From Halocafeteria seosinensis (lineage: Eukaryota): a stretch of 53,989 nucleotides of DNA. Every line of letters starts with the position of its first letter. Position 1 is the stretch's first letter. Location: NCBI GenBank assembly GCA_001687465.1, contig LVLI01000363.1:1-53989 (forward strand), given 5' to 3'. Below the pieces are notes generated by a model. The model searched no databases, was not told the origin of the DNA, and saw only the letters and a list, made by a program, of their open reading frames with translations. The translations under genes and the position numbers were made by a program. Of the stretch, positions 47,343 to 53,989 are shown piece by piece.

Positions 47343-49608
47343 ATGGGGAAACCGATTAAGAGCCCCACCCGCCTCAAATTTGACGAGGGCAGTTGCTGCA
47401 CATCATGCTCTCCGAATTTATCCCAAAATTTCACTCAAAGCCCTCCAGTCCTAGGGGGCGTCCCACGCAAGCTAGCGAAAGCTTTGGAAGATCCGCCGGA
47501 GTCACTGCCGTCCTTTGTAGTCCAGCAAGGTGGAAAGTGGAACTGTCGGAAGTACGCCTTTGTTTCTCCCCCAATTACGGGACGTTCACCGCAACTTTTA
47601 GGCAACATATGTTGTCTTGATATTTCTACCTACAGGTGTAAAGGACGGAGATTTTCCACGTCACAAAACCACAGGTTGTATTACTACGATGGCCAGTGGA
47701 GAAGGTATGCTATTAGTACCTGTCCTTGTAGAAATTTGTTTTGGCCTAGTTCTCTTTTTTCTTCCTCTACACAGGCGATGTGCTGTATGTGCTTGCAAGG
47801 TTCGTACCCAGGTGAACACCGGAAAACGTGGCAGGGTAAGGCGCAATTGGCAATGTTGTATTGTCCAGTAGTAGTTAAGCTGACATGGCGTTGTTGCTCA
47901 AAGCAGGCTAGACAAGAAGAATTGGTTATAGGAAGCACATCGGAGACTCGTGAAAAGGACGACATAGATATGAGTGCGTGTAATATCACTACATTTCTGT
48001 TGCGTTGGCCACCCTCGTCTTGACCGTCTGTTCTATGTAACCACAGCCGAATATTCCAATGTCCCGCACGACCGGGTATATACGTTGAAAACGATACAGA
48101 ATGAAGGCCTGGATACAAATGCCGCTGTTGTGAGATACTCTCATATCGAGATGAACCCTGCGGACATACGAGATAGCAACGCAGAAACTGGTACATATGT
48201 GCATTTCTATAGTATGCCTGAATCCTTGGAAACCCAACTAGACGACAAAGTGGTGTACAATGTGTCTCCTTTCATAACCATAAGAGCGTCCATGGACGGC
48301 TCCTCGTACAAAATTACGGGACAAACTCAACGCGACGAGGCGGCAGCATTGCTTCCCCCTTCCGCAGTGTCTAAGATACGGCTAATGTTAAGATGGGACA
48401 ATACCAGCGTGGAGGTATGACGTCATCTGTTGCTGCCCTGTGTTTTCCATGGATTTACAGATGTCATTGGTGGCACTTTGACTACGTTTTCCGCAGCTCT
48501 GGAACCATGGCAACCGCCTGGTCGCTATGAAAATTGACGCAAGTTTTCAGGAAGACTCCCGCGCCCCTATATGCTATGTTGTTCGATCAAATATCCCTTC
48601 ACTGCGATATGAGCTGCAAGGTGGGCATTTCATTCGATGATATAACATGTTTCCAAGTGCCGACACATTGTTTGGAAATCCGGGTACAAATATGCAGAGA
48701 CTGACTTCAAAGAGGTCCCTTCTGTTACCAACGTGGAACCTTACACTGATGATGAAGCCAATGAGGAGAATAAAATTGTCATCGTAGGTCAAGGGTTTGG
48801 AAAAGCACCTAGTCGCCCATCGGGGAATTTGTCCGGACATCAACTTGCGGCAGAAGCGTTGAAGCAATTATCTTCTCCATCCTCCTGCAGCTCAACCACA
48901 CAAAGAAGTGATTGTACCGTGATTTGCGGGACAAGTTTGGGCGACGAAACATTGAAAGTTTACCATCGGACTCCGCAGAAAATTATATGCCGTTCTCCTA
49001 GAACTCCTGGTGGCCTAGCCGTGCGAATGCATCTCCCTTTATCCGTTCCCAAACTCAAAGTCCTCGATACTGATCAAACGGTGGCAGAAAAGTCTCAAAC
49101 CGGTGACACCGCCACAGGCCGACCTTACAAGCAACTTGACAGCAACTCTATATGGATTCAAGGATCTGAGTCGATTGAGCCATTAACACCGGTATCGGAA
49201 GAAACTAAGTCGCTCCAGAGTTCCGAGTGTCTGATATCGTTGGAAGACTCCTACCATCAGCAGATTGATGGTTGTTCATCCACAAATGATTCTCTTTCAG
49301 TAACTGGAAAACATTTGTCACCTTGCTGTGGCAACGAAGAAGAAGTAGAGCAAGCCAGATGTACTCTCTCTCTTACCCTTCCTTTTCTTTCGTGTCGGGC
49401 GTCCGGCCAGTTGCGTCTGACAAACATGGAGAGTTTCACCTTAAATTCAAAGCCCCATCCGCACCTCGAGAATGCTGACCAATTTGTAGGCACAAGCTTT
49501 TGCAAGGAAGCTACCATAGAGGCGCAACCTAAGAACAAGCCCCCATGGCGACCTGTAGAGTTGACAACCTCACTTAGGTGTCTAGGTAAACTTGCTTTGC
49601 TCTATTAG
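47343..49608 (+). CDS. Unassigned family, paralog D (most divergent)
   Basis: LEDPPESLPSFVVQQGGKWNCRK|CKGRRFSTSQNHRLYYYDGQWR|RRCAVCACKVRTQVNTGKRGR; PHDRVYTLK; VVYNVSP; LRWD|LW; VRSNIPSL. Lacks the GPLKDWTVSNF and YPPAxFPK motifs. Confidence 0.8.
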
Positions 49609-49888
49609 GCAGCGCCTAAAGTTGATAGGTGAGTGCATTTAACTGAAATAGACGTACCCTACAAAACAATTACACTGGATAACGCCCCATCATGAATATC
49701 AACTTATTGCTCATTGGTAGTTTCTGGAGTTTTGTTGTGTGGTATTCGGTAGACACGTAGTCGCAGGGGTTTTTGGTGGGTCGTTGGAGAGATTTAGCCA
49801 ATAGTGCTCGTAACGTCGCCTCATCAGAAACTCACACTGATCAAAGAGAGCTCCATACCAAGGCTTTAGTGACGTCGGTAGCGTCGCT

Positions 49889-50740
49889 TCACTGGGGGCC
49901 TCTGTTTACTAGGTAAGGAAACAGCTCTGATATTGTTGAGGGGCGATAGTGAGGAATTGCACAGTAAGTGGGAGACGACACGTGAGGGGCGACCGTTTGG
50001 ATTTGTCGGTAACTCGCTGGAAGGGAGCGACAGTTGTATGCTCTGAGTGACCGTCGGGGATTACGTCCGCGTAGGAGACGGTGACTGAGTGACTTGAAAG
50101 CCGAGGCTTGGCAAGCTACTGCTCCCGCTTGTAGCCCATACTTCTGCATTCCACCTGTGAACGTTTTGGAATTCATAGAGTGTGTCACATATATCTGCCA
50201 GAGTTGCGGAGTTCCCTGTTGACTGCAGACTATCTCCATCGTCGCGACCAACCAGTGGGGCCGAGGTTACCGGATTACCCCATAAAAGCACATACGGAGC
50301 AGGTCTGATTGCCATTATAGACAGAACAGCTAGCTTGGATGCCACCCTTAACATCGTCGAAGATGCGCCCTTCCCCCAGTAATACCGCAAGCTTGGAAGC
50401 TGGTAGGTTGCCTCGAATCTGACGGAGATTCTGCCCCAGCAGGTAACCACAACGGTTTCCACATACTCCTCCCGACTTCTCCTGCTCAAGTTGTCAGGAA
50501 GAACTACATGGTTTCACGACCAGAAAAGCGTTGATCCTGGCGTACTATGAAATCACTACCCCAACCAGTTGCCCCATTTTTGACATTAATGTTTTTTATC
50601 ACTGGTACCTCGTCGAAGGAATCTACCCCCTCAATACTAACCAATCTCTTAAAGTTCACGACACCTTCTAAGTCGATATAGCTTCCAGATTGCCCTTTAA
50701 GGTTTCGTTCTCGTGAAGTGAATGTGGTAAAAAGGCTCTT
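49889..50740 (-). pseudogene. Decayed, internally deleted GLUG-like family copy
   Basis: YIDLEGVVNFKRLVSIEGVDSFDEVPVIKNINVKNG..FIVRQDQRF matches the family N-terminal domain. GNSATLADICDTLYEFQNVHRWNAEVWATSGSSSLPSLGFQ matches the C-terminal domain. Most central repeats are missing and frameshifts are present. Confidence 0.8.
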
Positions 50741-52143
50741 GTACCGGCTCAGTCTGGAAGGCTGAGCCTGCTGCAACCGGTGCTGGCGTCGCTGTGGAGG
50801 ATCAAGTGTTGGCCCTGTTGGCCCAGACGCAACAGTTGTGGCCAATGACAAGCCGCCACCTGACGCGAGAGGTGGCTACCCAGAGGTTCCGTCCACCTCA
50901 GTTTCGTCAACATAGCCCAGATTGTAGTACATCTCCTGCTCGAGATGCGGCTACCCAGATCCTTCTGAAGCCACGAAATCGAGTTCCCACGTCGTGCTGC
51001 CTCTGGTTAGCCCTTCCAGTGGTGGACGAGGATCTGCTTGTCGTGGAGCCTGAAGTCGATAAGCCTCTCGGCATCATCTACCGTGTGTGTAGCTCTAGGC
51101 GACCAGTCTGAGCATTGGGTTGTTTGACATGTACTCGCCGAAGAGCTTACCTGAGGCTGACCCTGCTCTCCTGTGTCGTTATCTGGGTAGTAGCTGCATC
51201 TGTTCCAGTGTGTAACACATCTAGATTGCCCATGTCTTCACAGTCGTCATCGTACTCATTTCTAAAGCTGCTGCCGCATCAACAGCCACTTTTTTGCTTC
51301 GAATGCTTCACAACGCCGAGAAATTCATGGAAATTGGGATTCGGAATTTCGGACTTTGACCAGGTAGTAAAGTTGTAAGGAATCCTCGAATACTAATGGA
51401 AAGAGTGTGGACATACTAATTAGAGCATATGTTCCTTTATGACAATATATCAATTAGATTTGTATTGGTATCACCCCTTCGGTATACGTATACAGTACAC
51501 CTTCCCCAGCGGCTCAGCCGCACCTCCATCCCCAGTGGACTCCCCACCATTGACGCATCGGATGATCCCCATCCAATCCCGCAGAGAGGTTTGGGGACGC
51601 ATCCCAAGTTGGATTCCCAACCAGGCTGAACCAGCCTAGTAGCTGGCTGAGCTGAGCCTACTTGGTCTCTCCTTTGAGACGTGCCTAGTGATGGGGTTCC
51701 CAAGAGGTGTCCGAACGACTTATACTCTTATTTCAACAAAAAATCTCAACACACAGTGCTATCAATCTCTAACAAGCATGTGTTGCCATAGGAATCGCTC
51801 CAAAGGGCACGTACACTGTACGCATTGCGCAAAGACCCTCCTGTCTCTCTGGGAGTATGATTTTACAGACCGCAGAAAAGTCTCCGTCGTTGTGCTCACA
51901 ACACCCTAAGATTCTATGCATGGCCTCCTTCCCTTTCGATAGTGATATGATGGAGGATTCGGAGGCACTGTTCTTGATTTCCAAGTCCAGGAAGACCCTA
52001 CCTTAGGATACGTAGCAAACCAAGTCTCATAGCATATCAGATAGTATCAGTGAATGATCTCACAACAGCATACCAATGACATTAGTTCACTACATCCTCA
52101 TACTGGGGAGAATGTCTTCCAGAATCTGGCCCAAGAGGTTCTC

Positions 52144-52265
52144 GCAGAACAGAGCCGGAACATGTTCTGCGTCCCCAAAGGAGCCCACCTTGCAGAGCAA
52201 AGCGGGAACATGTTCTACGTCCCCTAAGGATCCCGCCCCTAAGGATCCCGCTTCCTAAGGATCCC
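52144..52265. repeat. Nested tandem repeats upstream of the secreted repeat-domain gene
   Basis: Two ~43 bp copies (52144-52186, 52192-52234), each containing the palindrome GAACATGTTC, followed by further CCTAAGGATCCC units. Confidence 0.8.
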
Positions 52266-52423
52266 CCTTTACAGTGCCTACAAGGCAGTCACTGGGCATT
52301 ATGCCGATTTGTGTAAGAGCTTTGTTCACTTCCCTCTATATTTCCTAACCGACAAGTTTCTTTTGCTTCGTCTCGCAATTGTGTCTCCCCATAAGCTGGC
52401 TTACCAAAGTGCAGCTTCCAAGG

Positions 52424-53989
52424 ATGATTTTACTCATCCCCACTGCACTGCTGCTGCTCAGCCTCAACGTCACCTTCTCAGCAGCCGAGAAAAACTTACT
52501 GTATGTCCTCGATTTCTCAGCTAGTTCTACCCGGTGACTAATTATATATTTGCAACCAAACACAGCACGCAATGGAAGGCGGATGGATTCCTTAGTGACA
52601 ATGAAGACTTCTGCTACTCCGTGGACGCCTCCGGTGGCGCTAATAGCCAAGGTCGGGCCTGTGCGGCTGACTCTACCGGAAGCGTTTGCGAGACCGTACA
52701 GATACAGTATGTTACAGGTGTTCCATTCAACCAAAGTGTGCAAAATACAAGCCTGGTACCCCAATGGTTCCCAGAATTGTTAAAGAGCTGCAAGAAGATT
52801 CTAGCTTCGGAGTTGTCGGGTTTACGAGCCCGAAAGACAGCAATGAACGCGTTTGTCTGGTGATCGGGTTTGATTCGTCCGACGTCCCCTCAGGAGATGG
52901 AGGACTTTATTTTGGTCCTGCCAGTGAAACCAATTGCGACGAGAGTCGTTCCGGAGCAATCGTCGTTGGTAAGTCGGAGATTAGATCTTAAGAGCAACAT
53001 TCATTCTCCCCGGATTACACTTGTACTACCTCTGACCTCCGGCTGCAGAAGGCAAGGAATGCATCCTGGATCTCAAGTAAGGAGTGAGACCACCTCTACA
53101 GCTTAAAACAATCAGTTTTACGTTCTCTCCTGAGATTGGTCATGATTACAGCAAGAAATGGAAGGTGGAAGGACTTGTGAACGATGAAGATTTTTGCTAT
53201 TCTGTGGATGCCACAGCCGGAGCGGGAGCTAATGGACGCGTCTGTGCCGCTGATGCATCTGGGAGTGTCTGCGATACAGTTCAGATCCAGTAAGATCTGA
53301 GTTGGACACGGCTTTAGTTTTGAAATGGTTTCCTCATTCTATCTACTTCGTAATCACAGAGCAACAGGAATGCTCAAAGAGGATCCTCGTTTCGGCTTTA
53401 TTCGCTACACTGATCCCATGGATGGCGAAAGTCAGTTTTGTTTCCTGATCCAATTTGATGCGTACAACGAGCCAACGGGGAATGGAGGGTTTTCTTCTGG
53501 TTCAAGTATTAGCTGTATTGACGAAGATCCCCAACAATGGGCAGGAGTGATCGGTAGGTGATAAAATTCCCTTGACATGTTTCTGCGACTATTTTATATT
53601 ACTTCGGGCAAGTACAGAAGGCAAAGAATGCATCCTGGATCTCAAGTAAGGAGTGAGACCACCTCTACAGCTTAAAACAATCAGTTTTACGTTCTCTCCT
53701 GAGATTGGTCATGATTACAGCAAGAAATGGAAGGTGGAAGGACTTGTGAACGATGAAGATTTTTGCTATTCTGTGGATGCCACAGCCGGAGCGGGAGCTA
53801 ATGGACGCGTCTGTGCCGCTGATGCATCTGGGAGTGTCTGCGATACAGTTCAGATCCAGTAAGATCTGAGTTGGACACGGCTTTAGTTTTGAAATGGTTT
53901 CCTCATTCTATCTACTTCGTAATCACAGAGCAACAGGAATGCTCAAAGAGGATCCTCGTTTCGGCTTTATTCGCTACACTGATCCCATG
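52424..53989 (+). CDS. Secreted Cys-rich protein with tandem ~120 aa domains (3' end outside window)
   Basis: Signal peptide MILLIPTALLLLSLNVTFSA. Repeated exon cassette WKxxG..EDFCYSVDA..GRxCAADxxGSVCxTVQIQ | ..ED..FG..C....C | EGKECILDL with GT-AG introns in frame-preserving positions. Confidence 0.75.
53046..53989 (+). repeat. Near-perfect tandem duplication, period 569 bp
   Basis: 53046-53420 equals 53615-53989 including introns. I see one mismatch (AAG/AAA, synonymous). Confidence 0.95.

Overview
Compact eukaryotic (protist-like) genomic DNA with many short GT-AG introns (about 55-90 nt). The gene content is compatible with a stramenopile such as a bicosoecid, but that is only a guess. 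The left third is a conserved-gene block: three tandem CNNM/DUF21-CBS metal-transporter paralogs, Ku70, an intronless secretory-pathway kinase-like gene and an MBOAT (DGAT1/SOAT-type) acyltransferase. The rest is a high-turnover region. It holds two intact and three decayed copies of a GLUG-like Gly-rich secreted protein family, a ~2.35 kb degenerate hAT-like DNA transposon with ~72 bp TIRs, a DUF4392 gene, an ankyrin gene, an LRR pseudogene, and a secreted Cys-rich tandem-domain gene with a near-perfect 569 bp internal duplication running off the window end. Two observations stand out. First, four dispersed paralogs of a family I cannot assign, each with an intron-split CX2C-X23-CX2C + basic module and conserved downstream domains. 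Second, a family of tiny (25-45+ bp) (CA)n-TGTGACAGATAGCCC insertions, two of them flanked by perfect 8-9 bp target-site duplications. Exon boundaries are my manual reconstructions and no searches were run.
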